Shown: positions 22,893 through 34,358, counted from the first letter of the stretch. The stretch is DNA of 64,000 bases from an uncultured Phycisphaerales bacterium (GCA_963755915.1 CAVWLP010000002.1:2464001-2528000), one strand, 5' to 3'. Notes: generated by a model not told the origin, from the letters alone. Translations and numbers: made by a program.

Positions 22893-23193
22893 AAGCCGAG
22901 TACTCCCGGATTTGCGCAACGGCGCCCGGAAAGGCGTTTCCGGGATTGGGAGCCCGGCGGCGAGCGAAAGCTCGCGACGGCTTGGCAAAACCTGTGATGG
23001 ATGCCGCCGGATTTGGTGTGCGTCCTGACGAAGAAACTGGAGGTGATCCGTGACCTATTCTGACTGTACGTGTGGGCTGCTGTAAGCAGCTTTCGCGGGT
23101 GAGACTCCCGCGATCCACGCAGCTGCTTCATGCAGCTCACAGCAGCTAAAGACTGCGAGAAGCCCGGCTCAAAAGGCCGGGCTTTTCTTTTTC
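22893..23193 (+). ncRNA. Candidate structured RNA with extended SD and an 11-codon ORF
   Basis: Multiway junction 22893-22983, GGAGGTGATCC at 23039-23049, ORF 23050-23085, nested stem with a UGAGA T-loop-like hairpin, and a terminator. Confidence 0.5.
23160..23193 (+). terminator. Intrinsic terminator
   Basis: aagcccggc/gccgggctt stem followed by ttctttttc. Confidence 0.85.
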
Positions 23194-23241
23194 GTTGCCT
23201 CATACGATATAAACAGGGCGATCGCGTACTGAGTCGACCCG

Positions 23242-23507
23242 ATGAGAAAATCAAAAAGGAAAACGAGACCGCTCACGGCGAAAGAATTTGACGCCATGCA
23301 CGATGCCGGCGTGGATTTGGCGGAAATGTTGACTGGTCCAGGGGCCGGCCCGTTAACCAGCAGATTCGCCGGGTAAACTTGGATTTTCCGCAATGGATGA
23401 TCAACCAGATGGACCGGGAGGCAAAGCGCCTGGGGGTAACGAGGCAATCGATCATCAAGGTCTGGATCGCGGAACGATTGGAATCGCTGCCAAAAAAGAT
23501 TGCCTGA
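23242..23507 (+). CDS. CopG/BrnA-type antitoxin (frameshift; absent from ORF track)
   Basis: 'AKEFDAMHDAG.D ... RRVNLDFPQWMINQMDREAKRLGVTRQSIIKVWIAERL'. Confidence 0.8.
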
Positions 23508-23510
23508 CGA

Positions 23511-24702
23511 TCATTTCAAGTCGATCTTTCCCCACGCCCGCCACATATATCGCTGTGCGAATTCCCAGATGACGACCTTTTTGGCGGTGAGGATAGCGGG
23601 ATTGCTCGCGAGCATTTGCCTCGGCGCGTCGATGGGGCCGGCGTATACGCCGATGACCTGGACTTTTACACCCAGGCGCGACATCAGATCGTCAACGAAG
23701 CCGCAGCCCTGCTCGGAAAAGTAGAGCGAGAAGCTGTCGCCCACAAGCAGGATGGGCGCGTCATTGCCGGCGATGAGGGGTTTGCCGTCTCTTTGCAGGA
23801 CCTGGGGACTCTGGAAGTGGTTTCGCGGATACTTTGTGTTTCCCCAGCCCATTGAAAGATTCTGGGCCAGATCCCCGGCAAAATCGAGCGTGTACTGAGA
23901 ACGGAAAAACTCGGCCTTCGGCATGTCCGGGGTCAGCGGTCGAATATGATCGGAAACAATATCGGCGACGAGCAGGCGGCCGGGGAGGGACCAATGCGTG
24001 TCGGTGGGTAGATAAATGGGCTGTTGGGCGCTGAGGCGCGCCTGCCAGAGCGCCGGGGCGAGATCGATCACATCGATGCCGGCGCTACGCGCGTGGTTGA
24101 GCCAGTCGGAAAATCCGGGGGGAACCGCCGGGCCGAGCGAAAGGCGGTAGTCGGTGGCAAGCTTGTCGGGATAGATTTCGAGCTTGTCGGGGATGGGGAG
24201 AAGAACCAGGCGGATGTTGCGCGTCGAGCTGTTGTTTGAGGCTCAAAATCGCGGGCATGATGGTTGAAGCGGGGGAGGGGGCGGGGTCGTTGAGCGAGAA
24301 AGAGTTGTAGGGCCGAAGTTCTTCGTCGCTGAAGAGCCAGCCGTCGCGGGCGAGTTGCACGCCGCGCGGGGGGATGATCCCGCCGGTCATTGCGTGCCAA
24401 AACGTGTGCCGCACCCAGCGGTCGAAACGCGATTGCTGGGTGAGATTGCTTTCGAACTGCTTGAGTGAATCCGCGGTGGGAAATCGCGCCAGCAGGTCCT
24501 GAAACTCTGATCGCCCGAGGACCGTCTCGTCGTACCAGGTTTGATAGATGCCGGGAATGCAGATGCCCAGTAAGAAAAGAATGGCAACGGCAAGGGCAGT
24601 GGTACGCCCGATCTGGCCGGCCCCGGCGTGTGGAACCTTGATCGCCGGTACGTCGGTCGGCACATTTGGGCGAGGGAACGGAGATGGGTGATGGCTCGAC
24701 AT
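23511..24702 (-). CDS. AlgJ/AlgX-like SGNH O-acetyltransferase (frameshifted)
   Basis: 'DGWLF', 'P.P.K..IYP', 'TDTHW', 'GDSFS', 'VIWEFAQRY'; adjacent to an MBOAT gene. Confidence 0.8.
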
Positions 24703-24709
24703 TTTCGCT

Positions 24710-26237
24710 CTAGAACCTGAAATAGAGGAAAGGCGTGTAAGATCTTACGCTGAGGGTCAGGATCGCCGCCAGGAATACAACCAGGGAGAACGCGGCGACC
24801 GCCGGGGTGACGCGCTTGGCCAGGTCCCACGTCTGGATTCCAAAAAATGCGATTGCCGCGGCGGCGAAAAGCTCGAGGAGATGGGGATACGTCCAAAGCC
24901 CGAAATGGGCAATTCTGTCAACCGGGGTGGCAGCCACGCCGAAGCGGAACATGGTGGATAGATAATTACCCGCATCGCGCAGATCAGAGGATCGGAAAAA
25001 GACCCAGGCGATGCAGACGATGAGAAACGTGAGGCCGACACGGACGAAGTGGGGGTGCGCGCCAGTAGAGATTTTTCTTGCCGAGCATTCGCTCGAAGGC
25101 CAGCCAGCCGCCGTGAATTCCGCCCCAGACGACGAAGGTCCAGGACGCTCCGTGCCAGAGGCCGCCGAGGAGCATGACGATCATGAGATTGCAGTAGGTT
25201 CGAGCGGTCCCCTTGCGGTTTCCGCCGAGGGTGATGTAGAGGTAATCGCGCAACCAGGTCGAGAGCGAAATATGCCAGCGGCGCCAGAATTCGGTGATGC
25301 TGGAGGATTTATAGGGCGCATCGAAATTTTTGATGAACTCGAAACCGAACATGAGGCCCAGCCCGATCGCCATGTCGGAATATCCCGAGAAGTCGAAGTA
25401 AATCTGAAAGGCGTAGCCCAGGGCGCCAAGCCATGCGTCCGACCAGACAGCGGGATGTCCGTTGAACGCGAAATCGGCGATTTCGCCCATGCTGTCGGCG
25501 ATGAGGATTTTTTTGGCGAAGCCGAGGCAGAGGAAAATGATCCCGCGGCTGAATTTTTCCAGCGTGTGGTGCCGCCGATACATCTGCGGCTCCAGGTCCT
25601 GGAAGCGAATGATGGGACCGGCGACGAGATGGGGGAATTGCGAAATAAAGCAGGCGAAGGTGAGCAGGCCATGAAGCTCGACGTCGAGCGAAGTTTCGCC
25701 GGGCTTGAAATGGCGGCCCGCGGCTTCGGCGGCGCGCTTGGCGGCGACGCTCGATGAGCGGGCCTTGCCGCGATAAATATCCACCAAATAGCTAATGGAT
25801 TCGAAAGTGTAGAACGAAATCCCCACGGGAAGAATCACCTGCAAAATCCTGTAAGGCTCCAACCCAAAAGTCCGGCGGATGGTGTTGAGATTGTCCTCGG
25901 CAAACCCGAAATATTTAAACGCGAAAAGAATCCCCAGGCTGTTGCATAGCGAGATCACCAGAAAGAGCTTCTTTTGCCAGTGCGGAGGCCTGGGATCTCC
26001 CTGCGCGTCGGCGTGCCAGCCGAAGGGATGCCAGTGTCCGTCGATGAGATTTCCACAGCAGAAATCAACGAGGGTCGACCAGGCCAGGAGCAGCACAAAC
26101 CACGGATTGGCCCAGCCGTAAAAGAAATAGCTGAGCAGCGTCAGTACGCCAAGGCGCCAGGGAGCGCGGGCGGCGTAGTAAATGACAATCGCCAGCGGGA
26201 GAAAATAAAATATGAAAATGTGGGAGCTGAATACCAC
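24710..26237 (-). CDS. MBOAT O-acyltransferase (AlgI/DltB family; frameshift ~25050)
   Basis: 'LPVGISFYTF', 'LVAGPI', 'FQIYFDFSGYSDMAIG', 'EFWRRWHISLSTWLRDYLY', 'GLWHGA', C-terminal 'PFLYFRF'. Confidence 0.93.
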
Positions 26238-26269
26238 TGCGCCGGCTTCAATCGTACTCGATTTTCACC

Positions 26270-26737
26270 TCAAACGGACAGGTTCAGCCGCATCTCCGTA
26301 TCGATCGAGCGGAAGCCGACCTTTTCGTAAATCGCCCGCCCCAGGGGCATCGCGTGAAGCGATATCTTGGCGCAATTTTCCTGCCGGCAGTGATCGATCA
26401 ACATTTGCAAAAGGCGGCTGGCGATGCCGCGCTCGCGCCACTCTGCCAATGTGTACATATTCATGATGTACGCCTCGCGGCCGGTGGGGTTGCGGTTAGA
26501 GGGAGCGTGGACGTGAAAAATCAGGCCACAGGTGGCGATGATTTTTCCGTCGGCGACGGCCACGAAAACGATGATCTCCTCCACGGGAATGGCGTGGGCG
26601 AAATAATACTGGATGGTTTTTTGCAGTGCCGCGTCTTCGCCGGCGCCGGAAACCTCGACGAGGAAAGCCATGCGTAGAGCCGCGAGCGCTTCGGCATCTT
26701 GGTCGGTTGCTCGGCGGTAATAGACGATGGCGTCCAT
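26270..26737 (-). CDS. GNAT acetyltransferase
   Basis: 'YIMNMYT..EWR.RGIA' and 'GRAIYEKVGF'. Confidence 0.88.
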   Translation of the reverse strand: MDAIVYYRRATDQDAEALAALRMAFLVEVSGAGEDAALQKTIQYYFAHAIPVEEIIVFVAVADGKIIATCGLIFHVHAPSNRNPTGREAYIMNMYTLAEWRERGIASRLLQMLIDHCRQENCAKISLHAMPLGRAIYEKVGFRSIDTEMRLNLSV

Positions 26738-26747
26738 CGGACGCGGC

Positions 26748-27767
26748 CTATGCCTTCGGCGGCTCTTTCGCCTTTAGCCAGGGCATCATTTTTCGCAGTC
26801 GCCGGCCGGTGACTTCGACGGGGTGGCTGTTGTCCTGCTCGTAAAGCCTCTTGAAGTTTTTCATGCCGGCTTCGTATTCGGCGCGCCATTCCTTCGCGAA
26901 CTGGCCGGTGGTGATTTCACTGAGGATTTTTTTCATCTCGGCTTTTACGGCCGGGTTGATGACGCGGGGGCCGCGCGTCAGGTCGCCGTACTCGGCGGTG
27001 TTACTGATGGAATATCGCATGTAATCCAGGCCGCCCTGGTAGATCAGATCGACGATGAGCTTCACCTCGTGAACGCATTCGAAGTAGGCCATCTCCGGCG
27101 GATAGCCGGCTTCGGTGAGGGTTTCGAAACCGGCTTTGATGAGGGCGGAGAGTCCGCCGCAGAGGACGGCCTGCTCGCCGAAGAGATCGGTTTCGCATTC
27201 GTCCTTGAAGGTGGTTTCGATGACGCCGGAGCGTGCCCCGCCGATGCCGCGCGCCCAGGCGAGGCCCAGGTCGCGTGCTTTTCCCGAGGGGTTCTGATGG
27301 ACGGCGAGGAGGCAGGGCACACCGCCGCCGCGCTCGAATTCGCTGCGAACGAGGTGACCCGGGCCCTTGGGGGCGACCATGAGCACATCCACGTCTTTGG
27401 GTGGGACGATCGTTTTGAAATGGATGTTGAACCCGTGGGTGGCGCCGAGCGCTTTGCCGGCCTTGAGATTCGGGGCGATGCTCTTGGCATAAACGCCGGG
27501 CTGCACTTCGTCGGGAAGCGTGGCGATGATGAGATCGGCGGCCTTGACGGCGTCTTCGACGCTCATCGGGTCGAAGCCGTGCTGGATGGCAAGCTTGCCA
27601 TTGGGGCTGTCCTTGCGATTGGCGACGATGACCTTGATGCCGCTGTCGCGGAGGTTCAGGCCGTGGGCATGCCCCTGGGAGCCGAAGCCGAGGATGGCGA
27701 CGGTTTTTCCCTGCAGGGCGTCGAGGGGGGCATCTTTTTCGTAGACCATTTTCAGTGGCTCAGGCAT
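26748..27767 (-). CDS. ilvC: Ketol-acid reductoisomerase
   Basis: [47 protein letters not shown]. Confidence 0.98.
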   Translation of the reverse strand: MPEPLKMVYEKDAPLDALQGKTVAILGFGSQGHAHGLNLRDSGIKVIVANRKDSPNGKLAIQHGFDPMSVEDAVKAADLIIATLPDEVQPGVYAKSIAPNLKAGKALGATHGFNIHFKTIVPPKDVDVLMVAPKGPGHLVRSEFERGGGVPCLLAVHQNPSGKARDLGLAWARGIGGARSGVIETTFKDECETDLFGEQAVLCGGLSALIKAGFETLTEAGYPPEMAYFECVHEVKLIVDLIYQGGLDYMRYSISNTAEYGDLTRGPRVINPAVKAEMKKILSEITTGQFAKEWRAEYEAGMKNFKRLYEQDNSHPVEVTGRRLRKMMPWLKAKEPPKA

Positions 27768-27980
27768 CGAAAACTCTCCTAAAAATGCGAGTCCGAGATG
27801 GTAGTAGCAGCCCTCGCAGGTGTCAAAGCGTCAAAAGCCGAGCCGTTCTTGCCCATGGCCAGGGCGCGGGTTATATTTCGCGGCCGTTTGTGAGGAGCCG
27901 AAAAAGCGGCTGCAACAGGGCCGCGGCGCCGGTGGTAGAAATATTCGTGCGCCATCATTTCTGTTCCCCAGGAGGGCCGT

Positions 27981-29047
27981 TTGGCGATTCGGGTTCACTT
28001 CCCGCTGGAAGCCGGCAAGGCGCCGGAGATCGGTCTAGCCAAGGCGATGCGCGTTGGCGGCAGCGCCGGCGTGGTTGCGCCGGCGGGTCCGGAATACAGC
28101 AAATATGACAGGCTCAACGCCGCCGCGCCGCACTTCTTCGAGTCGGTGGATATCGACCAGGCTGATGTCATCGTCTACCCGTATTTCGCGCATACGGGAG
28201 AAAAGACCGAAGCCATCGCCAACGAAGCGCGCAAGCGCGGCATCGACTGCGTCTTCATGTCCTGGGGCGATGAAGACGTTCCCGTGCATGTTCCCCACGG
28301 CACGGTCTATCGCCATTCCCTTTATTCCGATCATCGGGTGGCGCACGAATTCGCGATGCCTGCGGAAGTGAGCGATCCGGAAATTGAGACCGGCTCGGGC
28401 GTCTGGCCGCGCGAATGGCAGGAGGTGCCCACGATTGGCTTCTGCGGGTTCGTGAGCAATCCATTCATGCGCGCGGTCTACCGCCTGAGCGGGCGCGTTC
28501 GAAAAGTTGCCGGTTTGAGCATGCGGGCGCGGGTCCTGCGTTCATTGCGGCGCAGCAAAGGGATCAAACCGAACTTAATTACGCGCCAGCTCTACTGGGC
28601 CGGAACCGAGGGGCGCTATCATCACCATGTCGCAAGAAAATTCGGTCCCGCGCGGCTTTCTGGAGCAATATATTCAACTCCGATTACACGCTGTGCATCC
28701 GAGGCGGAGGAAATTTTTCATATCGGTTCTACGAGGTGCTGGCGGCAGGACGGATTCCGCTGTTCGTCAACACGCGCTGCGTGCTTCCGTTCGACAACGA
28801 AATCGATTGGCGCCGGCATTGCGTCTGGGTCGAGGAGCAGGAGATGGACCGTATCGGCGAAATCGTGCGGGAATTCCATTCGCGGATTTCGCGCGAGGAA
28901 TTCCACGCCCTGCAGATGGCCAACCGCCGGTTGTGGGAAACCCGGCTTGAGCCGCTGAGCTTTTACGTTCGCGCCTTGACGCGCGGCATTTCACTCCCGC
29001 CGGAAACGGCAACGCCGCCCGGCACGGATTTGCACGCGGCGATCTAA
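27981..29047 (+). CDS. Exostosin-like (GT47) glycosyltransferase (frameshift ~28650)
   Basis: 'GFCG', then 'SDYTLCIRGGGNFSYRFYEVLAAGRIP.F......LPF...IDW'. Confidence 0.75.
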
Positions 29048-29475
29048 TCAGCAATGCGCGGCAAAGGGGCCAAATCCGGCTCGACAAACTGCGTCTTGGC
29101 CCCCGGATCCATTCGCCGCCGGGGGGAGTAGAAAAATCGCAGGATGTGCTTTGACATCAATTCCGGATGAGCGTCGCAAAACTGGTCGGCCGATTCAACC
29201 GGACAGATCTCGGCGTAGGCCCGCATGACGGCGGCGATAATGTGAAGCAGGGCATGGGTGGTCGTCTGGTTATATCCGCTGGTCTGGGATTCGGGGACCT
29301 TGTTGGCCGCGTTATATCGCTGGATGGCGGGGCCGAGCTGGGCGATGGCTTCGGGGAAAGGGAACTGGCTCAGATACAGATACGCGATTTTGACGTGGGC
29401 GCGGTGCGTCCACTGGTCGAAGGGGAGCTGGCACGTCTGGAAGAGACGGAGAAATTCGGCATCGTCGGGAGTCAT
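29044..29475 (-). CDS. Conserved hypothetical protein
   Basis: 'W.H.AHVKIAYLYL ... GYNQTTT ... YS ... FVEPDL' pattern. Confidence 0.75.
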   Translation of the reverse strand: MTPDDAEFLRLFQTCQLPFDQWTHRAHVKIAYLYLSQFPFPEAIAQLGPAIQRYNAANKVPESQTSGYNQTTTHALLHIIAAVMRAYAEICPVESADQFCDAHPELMSKHILRFFYSPRRRMDPGAKTQFVEPDLAPLPRIAD

Positions 29476-29536
29476 ACGAACCTCGGCAATGTACCAAAAG
29501 ATAAAGTGCCGCCAGTGCCCTCACTGACGGAGTTCT

Positions 29537-29980
29537 TCATTGGGTAATTTCCGGCTCGACAAGACGGGCCAGATTTCGCAGGGATTCCTGCCAGCCGAGG
29601 TAGCATTGTTCGACGGGGATAGCGTCGGGGATTCCGGACTGGACGATGTTCAGTTCCGTGCCGACGGGGACTTTTTTGATGGTCACGGTTACTTCGAGCT
29701 TGCCGGGGAGGTTGGGGTCGTCGAATTTGTCGGTGTAGCGGAGTTTTTCGTTGGGGATGAGCTCGAGGTATTCTCCGCCGAAGGAGTGGCTTTGGCTGGT
29801 GGTGAAGTTGCGGAAAGAGACTTTGAAGGTTCCGCCGACTTTGGGCTCGAGGTGATGGATGGTACAAACGAAGCCGTTGGGGGGGAGCCATTTGGCCATG
29901 GCGTCGGGTTCGAGGAAGGCGCGGTAAATCTTTTCGGGTTTGGCGGTAAGGACGCGATGGAGGCGGACGGTGCCGGGCAT
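29537..29980 (-). CDS. SRPBCC/AHSA1-like protein
   Basis: 'AKWLPP.GF', 'GGEYLEL.PNE.LRYTD.FDD', 'CYLGWQESL'; SD aggag upstream. Confidence 0.9.
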   Translation of the reverse strand: MPGTVRLHRVLTAKPEKIYRAFLEPDAMAKWLPPNGFVCTIHHLEPKVGGTFKVSFRNFTTSQSHSFGGEYLELIPNEKLRYTDKFDDPNLPGKLEVTVTIKKVPVGTELNIVQSGIPDAIPVEQCYLGWQESLRNLARLVEPEITQ

Positions 29981-30125
29981 GGGGTTCTCCTGAAAAGGGG
30001 ATTTTTGTTTAAATGCGTGCTTTTTCGAACAACGCGGCGGACTATGTTTCCCAAATCACGACCATACATATAGCCAGATGGAATTCAAATGAAGTTAGTG
30101 GGGGCAAACACGTGATCCCGCGCCG

Positions 30126-31648
30126 CAATATTGTCCGGGACTTCCGCGTCTTAGAGCTGGGATTTTTCGGGTTTTCACTCGAAAGGCTGCGTTGCCTCGA
30201 TGGGCAACGGCGTGGAAGGTTCAGCGCTGCTCCTGCAGCGCATGCCGCGGCGTTCACCGGCGGCCGGACAACAAAAACCCCCGGTGACTTACTTGACGAT
30301 TTTTTCAGCCTTCTTCCGTGCCACACGCTGACGCTGCAGCTCGCATTCCCGTTCTCGGCGCTGCAGGATGGGAATAATCTCTTGCAACGTGGCCCCTCCC
30401 GCGGCGACCAGGCTCAGCATCGCGTAGGCATATTTGCTCACCGGACGCTGCGTGTGCAGATAGATCAACAGCACCCCGATGACCGCGATGTAGAACCCGG
30501 TGGTGACGCCGTTTTTGCTGTGGCTGGTGAGATGGCGGAAGTGGGCGTGCACTTTCAGCCAGCGGAAAAACAGCTCGATCTTCTATCGCCAGCGGTAGAG
30601 CAGACCGATGACATGGGCGGGAATGTTAAGAAGATTGGTCAGCAGCCGCAGGGGCCTGTCGGGTTTGTCCGGGTCGAAGATCGTCACTTCCCGAAGCCAT
30701 TTTCCCGCCGGAGGAGCAAAGCGTGGCCCTTCTGAGCCCAGGTATCCGATCCGGTCGCTGAGAATGCCGGCAGCGCGGTCTTCATCGCTCAGCGGCAGGG
30801 ACTTGGGGGTCAAGTCATTGTTTTCGATGGGAATGAAATAGTTGTTTGACTTGAGCCGGAGCACAAAATCGCTGCAGGCATGTACGATCCGCTCCAGCAG
30901 CTCGAAACAGACGTAGCCGCGGTCCATGACGTAAATCTGTCCCGGCTCCAGGGACTGCATCAGCGCCTGCGCCTCGGAGCATCCCGCGCCGCTGATCGTC
31001 ACTCCCTCGGGAACCCCCACGCCCGCCGCCCATTGAAGATTCAGGCGAATCGTGTCCATGGGCTTTCCGTTGGGTCGACTTTGATGCAGCGCCCAGGCCA
31101 CGTCGGCGGCAACGGTGAACAGCGACCCATCCACCACCCGTACCCGCTCGGTCAACTCCGCCAGCTTCGGATCGCCGTGACGCAGGTGCGGCAGCCGCGC
31201 CCGCAACTCCTCGATGATCGGCTCCAGCAGCGTCGGATCGAACAGGGCGTTGGCATCGGAAAGCGTGGAACGCGGCAGGCGATCGACCGAAAGCTGCTCC
31301 TGCATCTGCTCGGTCTGGCTGAAATCCTCCATCGTCCGCAGGCTGCGAATCGCCGGCGTGAAAAACGCCAGCAGATAGGCAAGGGTCACATCGTCATAAA
31401 AAAGCGTGCGATTGGGGTGGGGATGCGCCGCCCGCAGGCGGGCCAGATGATCCTGCAAAATACCGACGTACTTGCCGCCGAACAAATCCTCCCCCCGCAC
31501 CGCCGGCCGCGGCTTTCGTCCCGGCTTGGCGGGCAATCCAGAAGCTGGGCAAAGGTCCGCGTGCACGTGGCGGCAGTGAACCACAAAACGCTGCTTCGCG
31601 CAAGCGCAAGATTGTGTCATTGGTGAGCCTGCGTTCCGGACACTATTG
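30126..31648 (-). mobile_element. IS4-family insertion sequence, 1523 bp
   Basis: TIRs CAATATTGTCCGGGAC / CAATAGTGTCCGGAAC (14/16) and 9-bp TSD CCCGCGCCG at 30117-30125 and 31649-31657. Confidence 0.92.
30289..31566 (-). CDS. IS4-family DDE transposase (frameshift ~30580)
   Basis: 'VVDGS', 'MDRGY', 'Y..RW.IE..FRWLK' (YREK motif). Confidence 0.9.
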
Positions 31649-31970
31649 CCCGCGCCGTGGCGGGGGGTTTCGTTACCGTTGACAGAATTGAAAAAATCGA
31701 AACGCCCCGCGGGGGGGTGTACGCGTTTTTTCGCGGATGGCGACAGGGGGTGAGAGTGGGTGGTTTTGAGCTTCATCATGGGAAAATGCACGCCTCTATA
31801 TACAGGTCCAAAGGGTGTACGTTTTGGACCTATTTTGCGTGGGCGAAGCAAATTTGTTTGGGGTTGAATAGATCGAATTTTTAGCGGGCGGGGCATGTGG
31901 GGGATTTTCGGCGGGATTGAGATCTCATCGTCGGCTTCGCTGGAGGCCGCGGAGGAGAATCGGGAGGGGT

Positions 31971-32055
31971 GCGCGCAGAGCGCTGAGCGCGGGAGAGAAG
32001 AGAGGGGATTTTGATCATGCCTCTTTCTGCGTCTCAGCACCTTTGCGCGAAACCG
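31971..32055. repeat. CGCAGAG-family palindrome (empty intron-target-like copy)
   Basis: cgcgcagagcgctgag ... ctcagcacctttg|cgcgaaacc. Confidence 0.75.
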
Positions 32056-32500
32056 GCTTTTTAGCGTTTAAGCTCGGGCAGGGTTGTCGCAAATGCGGAA
32101 GTATTTGTCGGTAAATGCGATATTGCTTGATTCTCCGGGCATTGGGTTCACAGCTCGGTTTGGACTGATTTCTTTCTCGTGATTATGAACGATGGGACCT
32201 TATTTTGATGCGAATTCAGTTGTGTCCGCCTGGTGGATTGTTAGACTATTTTGTGTCGTTAAGGGAAAAGGGCCGATCCAGGCGTGATCCAATCGGATTT
32301 TTCAACGGCCTGACGATCTCGATGTACCCATTGTCAGTCCGCGTTTCGCAGCCCGCTTGGGTCGAAGTGGAAGGAATGATTCAACGAATTTATTAGCGAT
32401 TGATTTGGAATTCGTGAGCGCGGCGCTGGGATGAGGCTTTCAAATCGGTGTCCTCAGCGGCGCGATGCGCGTCTGAAGGCGCTAAAAAAAGGAGAAGAGA

Positions 32501-33407
32501 ATGAAGCGCGGTTCGATCGGCAGTTTTGCGTTTCTGGTGGCGGCGGGTTTTGCGATTTTGGGCTTTACGGGAGAGGTAAGGGCAACGACCAGCTTTGTTT
32601 TGCAATCCGACGTTCAGGCGTATTTCGGGTCGCAAACCAACGTGTATGAGGCGTCGAATCCGGTTGTCTTGCCCTGGCCGGCTCCTCCTGCCGGGTCGTA
32701 TGCGCCGCACTGCGCCTTTGGTGGGCGTTCCGACGCCACCGGTTTCGCCGGTGTGGCCGGGTTCTGTATCCGGCAATCCGTTTTCGCCGGTTTATTCATC
32801 GAGCTTCACCGACGGATTGACACCGCCTACCTCGGCGACATTTGCGATCCTCGCACACAACAACCCGTCCCCGACGCTTGTTTCCGATGACCATATCAAT
32901 TTGCCGGTGATGACCCTGGTGCAGAACCTGGGGGCGCCCGGTAATGCGTATGAGCAACTAGACTTTGATGCTGATTACGGCGTTGTTGGCGGCATTTTAG
33001 GGGCATCGACACCCAACTATCCGCTGCATGTTTTCGGGACGGTGGGCGCGGCGAGCACCGACTACGCGCAATTCGACGCGGAAATCAATTACTACTGGCT
33101 GCCGACCACCAGCACCTCTTTCAGCCCGGTGGGAACGCCGGTCTATCTGGGGACGCTGGAATATTCGGCGCTGCAAGTGGGGGGCGGCTCGTTCAATGGG
33201 TTCATCCACCCGACCGGTTCACTGATCGCATCGCCAACCAATTGGGGCGTTTTGGAGATCACCGGCTACATGTACGTCGCGGGCGATCCTTCGAGCATCA
33301 CGGTCTCCGGAGTGCCAGTTCCCGAGCCGACATCGCTTGGCCTGCTGGGCTTCGGTTTGGCAGCGCTGTGCCGGCGGTCGCGGAATCGGCGTGTTTCCGC
33401 TAGCTAA
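32501..33407 (+). CDS. PEP-CTERM protein, paralog 1 (frameshift ~32705)
   Basis: SD aaggag, signal peptide and C-terminal VPEPTSLGLL...RR. Confidence 0.85.
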
Positions 33408-33470
33408 AAAGTGGTCGACGTGTGCCTTAGGGCAGTGCGGTATGCATGCCGCGAGGCGAAGGAGCAACAG

Positions 33471-34358
33471 ATGAAATGCAATTGGCGGGCGAGCGCCTTG
33501 GCGCTGTCGGCGGCGGTTGGATTTACGATTTTTACTTTTAGCGGTCGGGCATCGGCGCAATCGATGACACTGCTGGACTCGGGCGTGCAGGCGTATTTTG
33601 GATCGCAGGGTTCGGTGTACGAAGCGTCTGATCCGGCGGCCTTGCCGTGGACGGCGCCGGGAACCGGCCCTTACACACCGGGATTGCCGTTGCCGAATGT
33701 TCCGGGGGCGCCGACGCCGCTGGTGTATCCGACGCCGTCGGGCAATGCGTTTGGCGGGGCAGGGTATACCTCGAATTTCAATGACGGGTTCAGTCAGCCG
33801 ACCACCGCGAGCTCGACCATCCAGGCCAACTACAACCCAAGCCCGGCGGTGACTTCGGATGCGAACATTCAGATTCCCTCGTGGACTTTGGCGCAGTCGC
33901 CGGGGGCGCCGAGTTATGCCTACGAGCAACTGGATTTCGCCGCGGATTACATGGTGAACGGCGGGGTGCTGGGGGGATCGACGCCGAATTTTCCGTTATA
34001 CATTTCGGGAAACACTTCGATTGCCACGGGCGTTCCCAGTTACGCTCAGCTTGACGGAGTCGTCACGTATACGTGGGCGACGTACAACCTGATCACAGGG
34101 GTGTTGGGCACGCCGCAGCCATTGGGGCAATTGGATTATTCGTTCCTTCAGCCAAGCAATGTTGGACCGTTTTCGGGGACGGCGATCAGCAGCGGCAGCT
34201 TGCTGGCAACTCCCGCGAGCCAGGGCTTGCTGGAAATCACCGGGGAAATGTGGGTCGCGGGCGATCCGTACAGCATCAGCGTGACATCGGTTCCCGAACC
34301 TTCATCAATCGGATTGTTGGCGATCGGGATTGGAATGATGGGCCGGCGGAAGAGGTAA
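33471..34358 (+). CDS. PEP-CTERM protein, paralog 2
   Basis: SD aaggag, signal peptide and VPEPSSIGLL...RRKR. Confidence 0.88.
   Translation: MKCNWRASALALSAAVGFTIFTFSGRASAQSMTLLDSGVQAYFGSQGSVYEASDPAALPWTAPGTGPYTPGLPLPNVPGAPTPLVYPTPSGNAFGGAGYTSNFNDGFSQPTTASSTIQANYNPSPAVTSDANIQIPSWTLAQSPGAPSYAYEQLDFAADYMVNGGVLGGSTPNFPLYISGNTSIATGVPSYAQLDGVVTYTWATYNLITGVLGTPQPLGQLDYSFLQPSNVGPFSGTAISSGSLLATPASQGLLEITGEMWVAGDPYSISVTSVPEPSSIGLLAIGIGMMGRRKR

Noticed and set aside
23039-23120. tmRNA, tRNA, 6S RNA or 16S rRNA fragment
   Set aside because: No GGGG 5' end, TTCGA T-loop or CCA; no 6S closing stem pairing with ggtgtgcgtcc; similarity to the 16S complement stops after 11 nt.
31660-32500. Riboswitch or ncRNA upstream of the PEP-CTERM trio
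   Set aside because: Isolated palindromes exist (e.g. aggtccaaa...tttggacct near 31804-31831), but there is no recognisable motif, terminator or second copy to support a call.
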